A stretch of 64,000 bases of DNA, taken from IMG/VR virus record IMGVR_UViG_3300030060_001311, positions 1-64,000 of that record; one strand, written 5' to 3'. This document shows, one piece after another, positions 11,181 through 20,558 of the stretch. A model generated the notes under the pieces. That model ran no database searches, was not told the DNA's origin, and saw only the letters and a list, made by a program, of their open reading frames with translations. The first letter of the stretch is position 1. Each line of letters opens with the position of its first letter. The position numbers and the translations under genes were made by a program. Source of the stretch: an uncultured virus (IMG/VR IMGVR_UViG_3300030060_001311). Taxonomy: Duplodnaviria; Heunggongvirae; Uroviricota; Caudoviricetes.

Positions 11181-12259
11181 TGTCTTCTAGTTTTTTGTTT
11201 AGATATAACTACTTTGCTAACAAGACCTACTACGTCTTTTTGTATTTTTTCTCTATTAGGGTTTGAGTCATTTATACAATGTTCTACATATTCATCTAGT
11301 TTAGAACGTTCGTTAATTTCTTCTTTTTCTTTATATTCTTTATAATCTGGTCTATTAGAAGAATTATCTTTCCATGCAACAGTAGCCTCTTTACCTATTT
11401 TACCTTGATAAGGACAAGGAGTACCTGCCATTTCCATAGCTTTAAATACCCTTTCGTCTTGACAAAGTAATGCAACTGATGCTACTTTCATTCCCATGTC
11501 ATATAGATATTTAGATAATTTTAACCTTTCACAATTCATATCTCTTATTGACTTACCACCAGATAAACCAAACACTTGTCCTTGAAAAGCTCCTGAGACA
11601 CCTGTTGTACAGAGGTCTTGTGAGTAAGACATAATACTAGGAGCTATAGCAGAAGCAGGAGGTGCCTCACTTTTTACGTTTTGATTGATTGTTTGCACTG
11701 ATTTCGATTCGTTTATATTTCGATTCGTATTATCAGATTTAGTGTTGTTGTTATTTTGATTAACATTATTAGTTTGTACATTAGAATCTGACGTTGATCG
11801 ATTTACGTTTGTATTAGTGTTCGTATTGTTCGATGTCGAAGTAGAATTATTTGTATTATTAACGTTTTGATTTACCGTTGAATTTACAGTCGATGTCGAT
11901 GTTGAAGTATTTACATTAACATTATTGTTTGTATTGTTTGATGTCGAAGTCGCTGTCGATGTGTTGATATTATTATTCGTGTTGCTGTTGACATTTGTAT
12001 TGCTATTTGTATTTACTGCAGTTGTTGTGGTCGTGTTAGTGTTAACATTAGTGTTTGAATTTGTATTGTTGTTCGTGTTGGTGTTCGTATTAGTGTTCGT
12101 ATTAGTGTTTGTTGTCGTAGTAGTATTCGTTGTATCTAATATATTATTTTCACAATATTGCGTACCGCTATCACATGGAGTCGTGTTATCTTGTTGTGCG
12201 TGAGCATTAAATGCAAAACTAAAAACGAAAAAGCCCAGTAAAGGTAAAATCTTTTTCAT
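11153..12259 (-). CDS. Secreted Asn/Thr-rich protein with Cys-rich C-terminal domain
   Basis: Signal peptide ending AHA; ~150 aa N/T/S tract; APPASAIAP...DLC...NCER...LLCQD...GTPCP domain. Confidence 0.6.
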   Translation of the reverse strand: MKKILPLLGFFVFSFAFNAHAQQDNTTPCDSGTQYCENNILDTTNTTTTTNTNTNTNTNTNTNNNTNSNTNVNTNTTTTTAVNTNSNTNVNSNTNNNINTSTATSTSNNTNNNVNVNTSTSTSTVNSTVNQNVNNTNNSTSTSNNTNTNTNVNRSTSDSNVQTNNVNQNNNNTKSDNTNRNINESKSVQTINQNVKSEAPPASAIAPSIMSYSQDLCTTGVSGAFQGQVFGLSGGKSIRDMNCERLKLSKYLYDMGMKVASVALLCQDERVFKAMEMAGTPCPYQGKIGKEATVAWKDNSSNRPDYKEYKEKEEINERSKLDEYVEHCINDSNPNREKIQKDVVGLVSKVVISKQKTRRQCRKEYFAD

Positions 12260-12642
12260 TAATCTTCTCCTTTAAATTGTTTACTACTGCCTGTTGTCCC
12301 TGCATAAAGCCCAAACCAAGCAGCTCCTGCACCTACAACTATTGAAATAAGTCCTGACTGTTCAAAACTAGGTTGTTCTAACGCCATGAACCATATTGTA
12401 CATTTGTATAGTAATACAATATAAACAGTTAAAAAAGCCCTAGGAAATATTCTCCAAGAATCAACGGCTTTAGCAAGATGAATCCATCTTTGATGAGGGT
12501 TTACTCTTTCATCAGCTTCAAGATCTCTAATTTTATCTTTTAAATCAGAAATTTCTTGTATCATAGCCATAAATTTGTTGAGATCCATTTCAACTTCATT
12601 ACGATCCATGTCCCCGCCAAATCTACCTTGTCCGTCATTCAT
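12259..12642 (-). CDS. Two-TM membrane protein (holin-like)
   Basis: WRIFPR motif followed by two hydrophobic helices. Confidence 0.45.
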   Translation of the reverse strand: MNDGQGRFGGDMDRNEVEMDLNKFMAMIQEISDLKDKIRDLEADERVNPHQRWIHLAKAVDSWRIFPRAFLTVYIVLLYKCTIWFMALEQPSFEQSGLISIVVGAGAAWFGLYAGTTGSSKQFKGED

Positions 12643-12643
12643 A

Positions 12644-13075
12644 TTATTTACCTATTGCGTTTGGGTCAAACTGTCCCAACTCTATTAATTTAAACCTATT
12701 TTCTAAATGTTCCGCTTCAACATCAGTTTTGCTTTGACCATAATATTTAACAGCAAGAAATTTAGTTATCATTTCTTGATTAATATCTACACCGTCTACA
12801 ATAATAGCTCCTAAAACACGTCCATACTTACCTTTAGAATCTTTGAGTTTAGATTGTAAAACAACTACTTCACCGTTGTTAATTGAATCTTCTAAAAACT
12901 TAGCCGCGAGTTTACCTCTAGCTTTTTCGTCTTTATCTCTTGTTCTTGATTCAGGCGTATCAATCCCATAAAGACGTACACGACACTTGTGAAGAATAGA
13001 AAACCCAAGATCAAGGATAACGTCAATAGTATCGCCATCAACCACCCTAGTGACCGTGCAATTATATTCATACAT
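12644..13075 (-). CDS. Thermonuclease (SNase-like) family nuclease
   Basis: RVVDGDT, RLYGIDTPE, GKYGRVL motifs. Confidence 0.85.
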   Translation of the reverse strand: MYEYNCTVTRVVDGDTIDVILDLGFSILHKCRVRLYGIDTPESRTRDKDEKARGKLAAKFLEDSINNGEVVVLQSKLKDSKGKYGRVLGAIIVDGVDINQEMITKFLAVKYYGQSKTDVEAEHLENRFKLIELGQFDPNAIGK

Positions 13076-13381
13076 TTAACATTTCCACCTTCTACGTGCT
13101 TGACGTAGTCTTGAATTAGGATTTTTTGCTGCTTTAGGAAACTTTTTCATTTGTCCTGCAGATCTTGCACAATAAGACTTTCTACGTTTTGCTGCTTTAC
13201 TACCTTTTTTAACTTTACCAGTAACAGCGGTTTTAAGTTTTGATCCAGGATTTTTACGTCTATAAGCTTTTACACCTTTAGCAGTCATTCCCGCACCGCT
13301 TTTAGTCGGTCTGTAGTTAGCTCCCTTGCCTTTCGTAGTGCGTCGTATAGACTTTTCTTTACGTTTCCTAGGTTTAGCCAT
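13076..13381 (-). CDS. Highly basic conserved phage protein
   Basis: K/R-rich; RRKSYCARSAG...NSRL...RRRWKC. Confidence 0.65.
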   Translation of the reverse strand: MAKPRKRKEKSIRRTTKGKGANYRPTKSGAGMTAKGVKAYRRKNPGSKLKTAVTGKVKKGSKAAKRRKSYCARSAGQMKKFPKAAKNPNSRLRQARRRWKC

Positions 13382-13569
13382 TACTTTTTCTTTTTACGCT
13401 TCTTAGCTGTCTTAGCAGAGCGTCTGAAGTCTGCTGCAGTCGGAGCACCCTTAGAACCTTTTTTGCGTGGTTTTTCGCCTCTTTTGCGTTTTTGATTTAT
13501 ATTGTAATATAAACCTTTTTTAGCTGTGCGACCATCTTTAGTTTTGTGGGTCTTTTTTCTATTAGCCAT
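13381..13569 (-). CDS. Highly basic small protein
   Basis: KGLYYNINQKRKRGE...GSKGAPT..DF; K/R-rich. Confidence 0.65.
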   Translation of the reverse strand: MANRKKTHKTKDGRTAKKGLYYNINQKRKRGEKPRKKGSKGAPTAADFRRSAKTAKKRKKKK

Positions 13570-13570
13570 A

Positions 13571-14245
13571 TTAATCCTCGTATAAATTATTAAAAGTTAT
13601 TGCAGGGTCTAAATAGCTTTCATGTCCTTCTGCTGAATGAAGATGTTGTGAAGGAGTAAAATCTGGGGCTCCTTCACCTGTCACCCATAAAGCAGGACTT
13701 GTAGCTCTTACCCTGTTGTTAGGTAAAGCAACTAAGTTACCTTTCCATTTGCAATCTTGTGTAATATATAACACATGAGATTGTTTGTGTTGTGCAGGAC
13801 AATCCGCAATGGCGTTTCCTGTATAGTCCACAGTGAACATATATTTACCAGTATAAAACTTTCCATCGATTTTGCAAAGCCACGGACTAGAACTAACTCT
13901 ATCCATAACTATTACAGAATGATCTCTAGCTTCACAATCCCATGGTTGAGCAATATGATCTTCCATAGGTTCTGCCCATTCTTCAACAGGTATATCAGCA
14001 ATTAAACCTTGTATGGGCATTCTAGCCCACATAGCTCCACCGTGAATATTACCCTCTGTCCAGTCTTCATATTCATTTTCACAACCTGTAAAAACTACTT
14101 GAAATGACAAAGACCTATCAGGTATTGTATTAACAGCGAAAGCTATTGCATGGAGAAACTCTCCATGATAGTTTGTATGATTAGCAGTAAACTCTCTTCG
14201 CACCCAACATTTAAAATGTGGGATATTACTTATAAGAGAAGGCAC
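13571..14245 (-). CDS. Conserved hypothetical phage protein
   Basis: 224 aa, His/Trp/Cys-rich; GAMWARMP and PNNR motifs. Confidence 0.55.
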   Translation of the reverse strand: MPSLISNIPHFKCWVRREFTANHTNYHGEFLHAIAFAVNTIPDRSLSFQVVFTGCENEYEDWTEGNIHGGAMWARMPIQGLIADIPVEEWAEPMEDHIAQPWDCEARDHSVIVMDRVSSSPWLCKIDGKFYTGKYMFTVDYTGNAIADCPAQHKQSHVLYITQDCKWKGNLVALPNNRVRATSPALWVTGEGAPDFTPSQHLHSAEGHESYLDPAITFNNLYED

Positions 14246-14368
14246 TTACTTCTTCTTGCTACTTCTCTTTTTAGAGCTTTTCATCATACGTTTTTTAGAA
14301 CCGCCTTTTTTCTTATATTTAGAACTTTTTAAAGCTCCGCCTTTTCTCATATATTTTGTTTTTTTCAT
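14246..14368 (-). CDS. Small Lys-rich protein (40 aa), not in ORF track
   Basis: MKKTKYMRKGGALKSSKYKKKGGSKKRMMKSSKKRSSKKK*; GGAGG RBS; fills gap exactly. Confidence 0.65.
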   Translation of the reverse strand: MKKTKYMRKGGALKSSKYKKKGGSKKRMMKSSKKRSSKKK

Positions 14369-14370
14369 TT

Positions 14371-14817
14371 TTATTGTCCTCCTTTTAGAACTCTATCTCT
14401 TAATCTAGTCGCACGAGGTCCTACTTGCGTAGCCCATCGACTATCCATCATTTCTTTAGCTGCAGTTTGAAACTCTTTTGCTTCTAATGCTCCTAAAAAA
14501 TTTTTAAATTTTAATAATCTTGTAATACCTAAATTAAAACACATATTAGCCAACACGCGTTTTATATCTTCAGAATGTTCTGCCGCCCAAGGAAGATTAC
14601 GGTCTACATCACTAAATACAGAATCTATATCTTTTTCAAAACACTCAATAACCCTTTCTTTTGAAACTGGAGTTCCTACTGATAATCCCCATTCTGGATC
14701 TTTTTCTGTTATTAAATGACCGATACCGAAAGTAGGATAACCTAAATGATCTCTATAGATTTCATAAATACATCCTTCGTCAAACTCTAACTCTTCTCTT
14801 AATTTATCAATATCCAT
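14371..14817 (-). CDS. Lysozyme/endolysin, T4-lysozyme-like (GH24)
   Basis: DEG..YxD.LGYPTFGIGH, MCFNLG, SRWATQVGPRA; start revised to MDIDKLREE at 14817. Confidence 0.85.
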   Translation of the reverse strand: MDIDKLREELEFDEGCIYEIYRDHLGYPTFGIGHLITEKDPEWGLSVGTPVSKERVIECFEKDIDSVFSDVDRNLPWAAEHSEDIKRVLANMCFNLGITRLLKFKNFLGALEAKEFQTAAKEMMDSRWATQVGPRATRLRDRVLKGGQ

Positions 14818-14819
14818 AT

Positions 14820-15152
14820 TTAGTTCACTCCTAATTGTATTGTAACAACTCCACCAAGGGTGACTGTTACATTTCCTAATTCTGCAGACGCTTGAAAATT
14901 TGTTTCGTTTTCTGAATATAAATTTACCCATTTTTCGCCTGTCCACACCTGTAATTGATTACTTGTTAAATTCCATATAATATCGCCCTTATTGAATTTA
15001 TTTTCATTACGTTGAGTTTCGTTTACTGCAAGTGTTGAATCTACATCAACTCTATTTAAACTTAGTTCTAATACTCTTACTAAACGATTAAATGTTTCAG
15101 AAGAAACTTCACCGATAGAAATAGGTAATTTAGTTTCTAATAATTTACCCAT
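14820..15152 (-). CDS. Virion protein, putative
   Basis: 110 aa coupled to nozzle gene; GDIIWN...LQVWTG..W motif of tail proteins. Confidence 0.5.
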   Translation of the reverse strand: MGKLLETKLPISIGEVSSETFNRLVRVLELSLNRVDVDSTLAVNETQRNENKFNKGDIIWNLTSNQLQVWTGEKWVNLYSENETNFQASAELGNVTVTLGGVVTIQLGVN

Positions 15153-17011
15153 TATCTTCTACCGTCAGGTCTAAAATCTAATCGCATTGCTCCGACTCTA
15201 AAACCAACACCATCGTCGTTAGATTCAATACGAAGAACTGCTTGTCTGCCTCTTACTCTAGTATCTATTTTTGTTGTATTAGATGTACAAGTACTTGTTA
15301 CTGCCGTTGTTAATTCTTCTCCTGGAAAATTTCTACGTTTTAAAACAAGATTAACAGCTTGTCCGTCAGAACCTGTTGCTGCTGTTCCTGTAAATTTAAT
15401 ATCTGGAATAATCCTATTTATAAATTGAAAATCTTCTCCTCCTGGATCAATATCAAAATCACTTGATTCGATAAATACATCAGTCATAGGTAAGCCATCA
15501 TTATCGTTACCTACTTCATGATTATAAACATAACCAATATCAGAAGAAGATGAAACAGCTTTAGGATTATCGAAAACACCTTCGTCTAACCAAGCAGTTC
15601 TAGAAAGGGATCCAATAGTCCAAAGATTTTCTTCATAATTAAAAACTACATATCGATCAATTACTTCAGCACTGCCGCTACAGTAAAACCAACCTACTTC
15701 ATCAAAAGCTTTATTTACAAAACTAAACACTTGATAGCTTTGTGTTTCGTTTATATCACTGAAAACATAATTTTGTACTGTACAAGGTATTTCTTGAATA
15801 GCTCCGTTATAAGCATAAAAACCTTTTTTATCCATCCAAAAAATACCTTTAGGAGTGTTTACCATGCCGTTAGGACTTATCAAACCTACTCCTTCATTTA
15901 TTAAATTCAATCCAAATGTAAAAGGCTGTCCTATAAAAGACATAGAATATAAAGCAATATCAGTCCAAACTAATATTTCTTGTTTAGATCTTAAAGCTCC
16001 TACAATAGAAGATCCAGCAGAAAGTCTAAGAGAACCAGCAGTGTTTGTAGCTAAAGGTTCCCAGACTGCTGCATTTTCTTGATCAGAAAAAGCAATAAGC
16101 ATTGGATCAATAGTTCCTGTTCTTGCTGTACCCGAAGCATTTAAAGGATCCGCTCCAAAACAAATTACGTGTCGATCAATATCAGATACTAAAACTTGTA
16201 AAGCTAATGTAGGAGGAAGGTTAGCTCCTGATAAAGTTGAAAGAGCAACGGCTCTAGTTGTAAGACCATTAGATTCATCCCAGTAAAAAACTCCTCCTCC
16301 TCGAGGATTAATAATTAAATCTTCACCAAAATTATCATGAGACCACAACCTCAACTGATTTATAAAACTTATAGAAGTTATTGAACCCCAAGTACCTGCT
16401 GACCAAGTACCTGCTCCAAAACCTGTAGAGGGCACATAAACATTAATTCCTGTATTTAATTGATAAGCAGCATCGGTAGCACTGCCACCATTACCTGAGT
16501 CACTAGCGTTTGCTGTAGCAGACGCAGTAAACGTATAAGTGTTTGCTGAAGGAATAGCTGTAATTTGATGTTCTTGATTTAAAACTGTTGCAGTAATATT
16601 ACCGCCTAAAGAAACTGCATTAGAAATAGTTACAAAATCATTTACAACAGCACCGTGGGCTGTATCTGTAGCTGTTATAACCGCACTACCGTTAGTAGCT
16701 GAAAACGTTGTAACATTTTCGTCTGTTGATCGTATAGGAGTTATGTCATTAAAACTTGCTCCTTCTAAAATATAATATTTTAAATTAGTGCCTAACCCTA
16801 AATACTTTGTTCCGTCTAAAGCAACCCACCCATGTAAAGCTCTACCCGTTCCTAAAAATGAATTAGCAACACTTTTAGCCCATCCTCCTATTTTTTCAGG
16901 AAAACCTTTTCTAAAACGAACTAAATTAGAATCGAACCAACCGCCTTCATTTGAATAAGCTGTTCCTTCTTTGTTGATTCCAGGTTTAAAAAGGAACTTT
17001 TGTAAAGGCAT
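15152..17011 (-). CDS. Tail nozzle/stabilisation protein (P22 gp10/T7 gp12-like), putative
   Basis: 619 aa beta-rich; FKPGINKE...GGW..RFRKG.PEKIGGW start and GAMRLDFRPDGRR end. Confidence 0.65.
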   Translation of the reverse strand: MPLQKFLFKPGINKEGTAYSNEGGWFDSNLVRFRKGFPEKIGGWAKSVANSFLGTGRALHGWVALDGTKYLGLGTNLKYYILEGASFNDITPIRSTDENVTTFSATNGSAVITATDTAHGAVVNDFVTISNAVSLGGNITATVLNQEHQITAIPSANTYTFTASATANASDSGNGGSATDAAYQLNTGINVYVPSTGFGAGTWSAGTWGSITSISFINQLRLWSHDNFGEDLIINPRGGGVFYWDESNGLTTRAVALSTLSGANLPPTLALQVLVSDIDRHVICFGADPLNASGTARTGTIDPMLIAFSDQENAAVWEPLATNTAGSLRLSAGSSIVGALRSKQEILVWTDIALYSMSFIGQPFTFGLNLINEGVGLISPNGMVNTPKGIFWMDKKGFYAYNGAIQEIPCTVQNYVFSDINETQSYQVFSFVNKAFDEVGWFYCSGSAEVIDRYVVFNYEENLWTIGSLSRTAWLDEGVFDNPKAVSSSSDIGYVYNHEVGNDNDGLPMTDVFIESSDFDIDPGGEDFQFINRIIPDIKFTGTAATGSDGQAVNLVLKRRNFPGEELTTAVTSTCTSNTTKIDTRVRGRQAVLRIESNDDGVGFRVGAMRLDFRPDGRR

Positions 17012-17020
17012 TTAACTTTC

Positions 17021-17203
17021 CTACAATAATTTATCAACGCCTAAAGAAGCAGCTGTTAGACCATATAAACCCCATAAAATAAGTTCAAGTCTTTTAAACT
17101 TAGCAGAGCCTTCGTTAAGACGTTTTTCTATATATTCGTAACGAATAGCACATTCTCTTTCATGTGCTTCTAGTTTTATCAATGCCTCTTTTGTAGTGGT
17201 CAT
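17021..17203 (-). CDS. Small protein with C-terminal TM helix
   Basis: HERECAIRY..I..RL..G...F.RLE. Confidence 0.55.
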   Translation of the reverse strand: MTTTKEALIKLEAHERECAIRYEYIEKRLNEGSAKFKRLELILWGLYGLTAASLGVDKLL

Positions 17204-17206
17204 AGG

Positions 17207-17383
17207 TTATTTATCTTTTGCCTTACCAATATTAATTGCACACCAATCTACTAACCAATACACTTTTGCAAGTATTTGATCATCTTTTGGGGTGGGCGTT
17301 AATGCACAAATAAGTGATGCACCTGATATCACCCAAGGTGCTATTTGGATTAATTTTAATACTAGATCTAACATATATACCAT
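17207..17383 (-). CDS. Small membrane protein (holin-like), not in ORF track
   Basis: MVYMLDLVLKIIQIAPWVISGASLICALTPTPKDD...AINIGKAKDK*; GGAG RBS. Confidence 0.55.
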   Translation of the reverse strand: MVYMLDLVLKLIQIAPWVISGASLICALTPTPKDDQILAKVYWLVDWCAINIGKAKDK

Positions 17384-17392
17384 AATTATCTC

Positions 17393-17929
17393 CTATGAAG
17401 TTGGTTGGGTTGGAAACTCACCTAGTGGTCTTGTTAAAGGATCGCCACTATAAGCATAAAGGGCGGCTAAAGCATCTACATCTGAGACTGCATTTATTTT
17501 TGTTTTCATATCAGTTGCCGCTGTTCTTACTGCCACCCTGTAATCTAACCAATCTGAAGGTATGGCTTTAGAACTTTCTGCATTTCTAACCACCATCCAA
17601 TCATTAGGTTGTAGTAAACTATAAGCTTGATTATCTATTGTTTCACAATGACTTGTTTTTAAGGTGTCTAAATCTCTTGCTGTGGCTGTTCCATAACTTG
17701 CAGTTACCTTATTACTAGCAAATGCAAAACTTTGATCTGTGTTAGTGTAATATTTGCCATCTTTGAAGTTGGTATTATCTACTACGACTTCATAAACACC
17801 TATGGCTTTGAGTTCTGCCTCTGACCAAAGGCTATGAATATTGCTAGGATATTGAATGTCTCCTATGGTTAATTGTGAAGGTTTACTATAAACCTTACTT
17901 ATATTTCCTGATTCTACTAATGCCCACAT
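17393..17929 (-). CDS. Tail fibre assembly/chaperone-like protein
   Basis: L..NDWMVVR...IPSDW..YR.AVRT motif; follows fibre genes. Confidence 0.6.
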   Translation of the reverse strand: MWALVESGNISKVYSKPSQLTIGDIQYPSNIHSLWSEAELKAIGVYEVVVDNTNFKDGKYYTNTDQSFAFASNKVTASYGTATARDLDTLKTSHCETIDNQAYSLLQPNDWMVVRNAESSKAIPSDWLDYRVAVRTAATDMKTKINAVSDVDALAALYAYSGDPLTRPLGEFPTQPTS

Positions 17930-17957
17930 GATTTTATATTACCTCAAATTAATTATT

Positions 17958-19076
17958 TTACCTAGCTGTTGCTGGGATTCCTGTTGATGTCACGAATGGA
18001 TTTTCCGCAAAAGCCATATAGATGTATGGGTTGGTGCTTCCATTTTGACTAGCCTGTGTTCCTCTCATTTTAAAACCATTACTTAAAAAATCTAATTGAC
18101 CACTAACTGTATCTGTTGATTCTAGCTCACTGTTATTTATAAACAATCTTCTACTTGCATCTTGTCTATCAGCAAATCCACCGCCTGCTGATGCTCTCCT
18201 ATTATCAAATAAATTCCAATTTGAACTTCCATTGGTTCTTTTAATTAAAAGAAATGCAGGGGCGAAACCTAGATATACAAAAGTTCCATTCGCATTGCCA
18301 TTGCCAGTATAGGTGCCAAACTTTGAAAATCCTTGCACATCTGTAAAAGCTAAAGCTATGTATTCAGTACTTGCAGTGTTTGTTGAAATATACCCAGCAT
18401 CACCACCTATGTAGTAAACTGAAGATGTTGGAGTAGTGCTACCAAAATCAGGAGAAGTAACAGCCGCAGGTGTAGTTAATGCAATACGCTTTGCAGAGCC
18501 TAGACGTTGATGATAAACATACCAACTAGCTACACTAGATGTTCCATCTCTATCTTTAGAAATAATCATTTTGGGAACAGCACCCAAGCCATGCCCTACA
18601 TTTTTTCCTGATGTACTTCCATCTCCTGTATAAAAAACAAGTGATACTCCTGCTGTCGTATTGGCTTGAACTGTTGTTGCTATATTTCCATCATTGTTTG
18701 TGCTTGTAGTTCCTCCACCAACTTTCCACTGCCAAGCAACAAACTCTGAACCATTTTCATTAAATTTATCATCATTAGTTCCACCTGCATTAACTGTAAA
18801 ACCATCTGTTAAAAAAGCAGTTAATTGACCATATGTAGTTCCTGTTCCTTTTCCATTTGCATTATTAGGTTGTAAATTTTCTTCTGTTCCAGTTCCCATG
18901 GTTGAGTTGTATAACTCAAAATCTGTTCCATTAGTGGTTCTATTTTTTGCAATAACAATATCAGGTTTTAAAGCACTATTACCATCATTGGTTATGCTTC
19001 TTGGTGCAGAGGTATTACCAGTCCAAAGAGCAATCTGAAAATGTGCAGATGGGTCGTCTATTGTTGTATAAGCCAT
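17958..19076 (-). CDS. Tail fibre/receptor-binding protein
   Basis: Repeats of YTGxG, GFAPAFLLIK, DFLSNGFK, YIYMAFAE; start revised to MAYTTIDDPS overlapping upstream TAA. Confidence 0.7.
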   Translation of the reverse strand: MAYTTIDDPSAHFQIALWTGNTSAPRSITNDGNSALKPDIVIAKNRTTNGTDFELYNSTMGTGTEENLQPNNANGKGTGTTYGQLTAFLTDGFTVNAGGTNDDKFNENGSEFVAWQWKVGGGTTSTNNDGNIATTVQANTTAGVSLVFYTGDGSTSGKNVGHGLGAVPKMIISKDRDGTSSVASWYVYHQRLGSAKRIALTTPAAVTSPDFGSTTPTSSVYYIGGDAGYISTNTASTEYIALAFTDVQGFSKFGTYTGNGNANGTFVYLGFAPAFLLIKRTNGSSNWNLFDNRRASAGGGFADRQDASRRLFINNSELESTDTVSGQLDFLSNGFKMRGTQASQNGSTNPYIYMAFAENPFVTSTGIPATAR

Positions 19077-20491
19077 TATCCGTACTCCGCTAAATTTTTT
19101 GAACACAAAGCATAAAAACCAGACGGTACAGCATACTCAAAGTTGCCATATCCGTTAGCATCGCTGTTGCCACTTGATATAGAAATTAAAGTAAACCCAC
19201 CAAAGTTACATTTCCAAGTAATATTACTATAACCAGTTACACCCATTGTTATTACATCAGTCCAAGCATCACCAAGACTAGAACTTGTGTTCCATGTAGC
19301 ACCATTCGCAGGTGTGCCACTATTATCTGATGACATCCAAGTGCCGTTTACAGAAAAATTTATTTTTCTATCATCCATGTTCAAACCAACACCAATAATA
19401 TCACTGGCACTATATGAAGCACCATAAAAATCACCAGTCCTATTTAGCAAAGCTCCATCTGAGCCTCTTAAACCAACTGATCTATTTTGATTGCTCCCTG
19501 CATAACCTAAATAATAACCAGTATGATTTTGTGGTATATAAGCATCTTCTACATCAACTATACCAATAAAAGATGTAGTTGAATCGCAGGTAAATTCTGC
19601 ATACCACTTACCTTTTGATACTGCTATAGATGAAACTGCTGTTTGATAATTACTAGATATATAAAATTGTGCATTACCATTAGCTACATTTGTGCCTGAT
19701 GCTTTAGGGTGTAGTTGATTAAAGGTTGCAAAGTTGTTAGTGCAGGTATCGGTTGCTTGATCTGCCGCTGCTATATTGTTTTCAGTAAAATCGGTGCCAC
19801 CACTTACATCATTACCTAAATTAGAAGAGTCTTCAAAATCTAAATAAAATTTATTAGTGCCTGAAGGTTTGCTTGCTACATCAATAGGCTTCCATATACC
19901 ACTATTGCTATCAAACTCGCCAAACTCGGTAGGTGCTGATGCAGTGCCATCTTGATAACAGATTTCACACATGTAACCATTGTAAGGCTGTCCATTATCA
20001 ACAGAGTTATAACCTATAACTTGTTTTTCAAAATTAATGCCTAAATTATCATTTTGACTTGGATTATTTGTGGTGCTAAAAGAAGTTTCTTGCACTCCAT
20101 TTACATACAATTTAAACCTATCATTAGCTGTGCTTTGTGTTGTATCAAAGGCTATAACAAAGTGATACCAAGCGTTAGTATCACGAAAAACTCTGTTTGT
20201 ATTTCGCCAAGTAGAAGTTCCACCACCTATTCTTAAAGTATCATCTGTTTGAAACCTAGCAAAGGTTCTGCCAGTGTCATTATCAGTATTACCAAAAGTG
20301 AAAAGATATTGTGCTGTAGCATTTTCAGTTTTTTTAGTCCATAAACTAATAGTTCCTTTAGTTCTACTTCCAGCACTACTAACATCTCTTGTCAAATATT
20401 CTGTTAAACCACCTTCAAATTTTACAGAATTAGCCACATCATATCCAGTTGAGACACTTCCTCGATTAGCTGTTCTTTGTAAAGTTTCCAT
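19076..20491 (-). CDS. Tail fibre protein with LamG/ConA-like and SPRY-like domains
   Basis: TISLW, WYHFV, LYVNG; GKWYAEF, IIGVGL, NFGG, PSGFYALC. Confidence 0.7.
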   Translation of the reverse strand: METLQRTANRGSVSTGYDVANSVKFEGGLTEYLTRDVSSAGSRTKGTISLWTKKTENATAQYLFTFGNTDNDTGRTFARFQTDDTLRIGGGTSTWRNTNRVFRDTNAWYHFVIAFDTTQSTANDRFKLYVNGVQETSFSTTNNPSQNDNLGINFEKQVIGYNSVDNGQPYNGYMCEICYQDGTASAPTEFGEFDSNSGIWKPIDVASKPSGTNKFYLDFEDSSNLGNDVSGGTDFTENNIAAADQATDTCTNNFATFNQLHPKASGTNVANGNAQFYISSNYQTAVSSIAVSKGKWYAEFTCDSTTSFIGIVDVEDAYIPQNHTGYYLGYAGSNQNRSVGLRGSDGALLNRTGDFYGASYSASDIIGVGLNMDDRKINFSVNGTWMSSDNSGTPANGATWNTSSSLGDAWTDVITMGVTGYSNITWKCNFGGFTLISISSGNSDANGYGNFEYAVPSGFYALCSKNLAEYG

Positions 20492-20558
20492 TAGTAATCC
20501 TCAGGATTAGGTAATATGAATCCTAGAAAAATCCAAACAGCTAAAAATATTTCAAGCA

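Noticed and set aside
14818..14946. 43-aa N-terminal extension of the lysozyme ORF
   Set aside because: Overlaps the upstream gene; GGAG RBS and family start fit ATG 14817
17958..20491. Frameshifted or pseudogenised tail fibre, or DGR target
   Set aside because: TAATG coupling with a GGAG RBS indicates two real genes; no reverse transcriptase or template repeat seen
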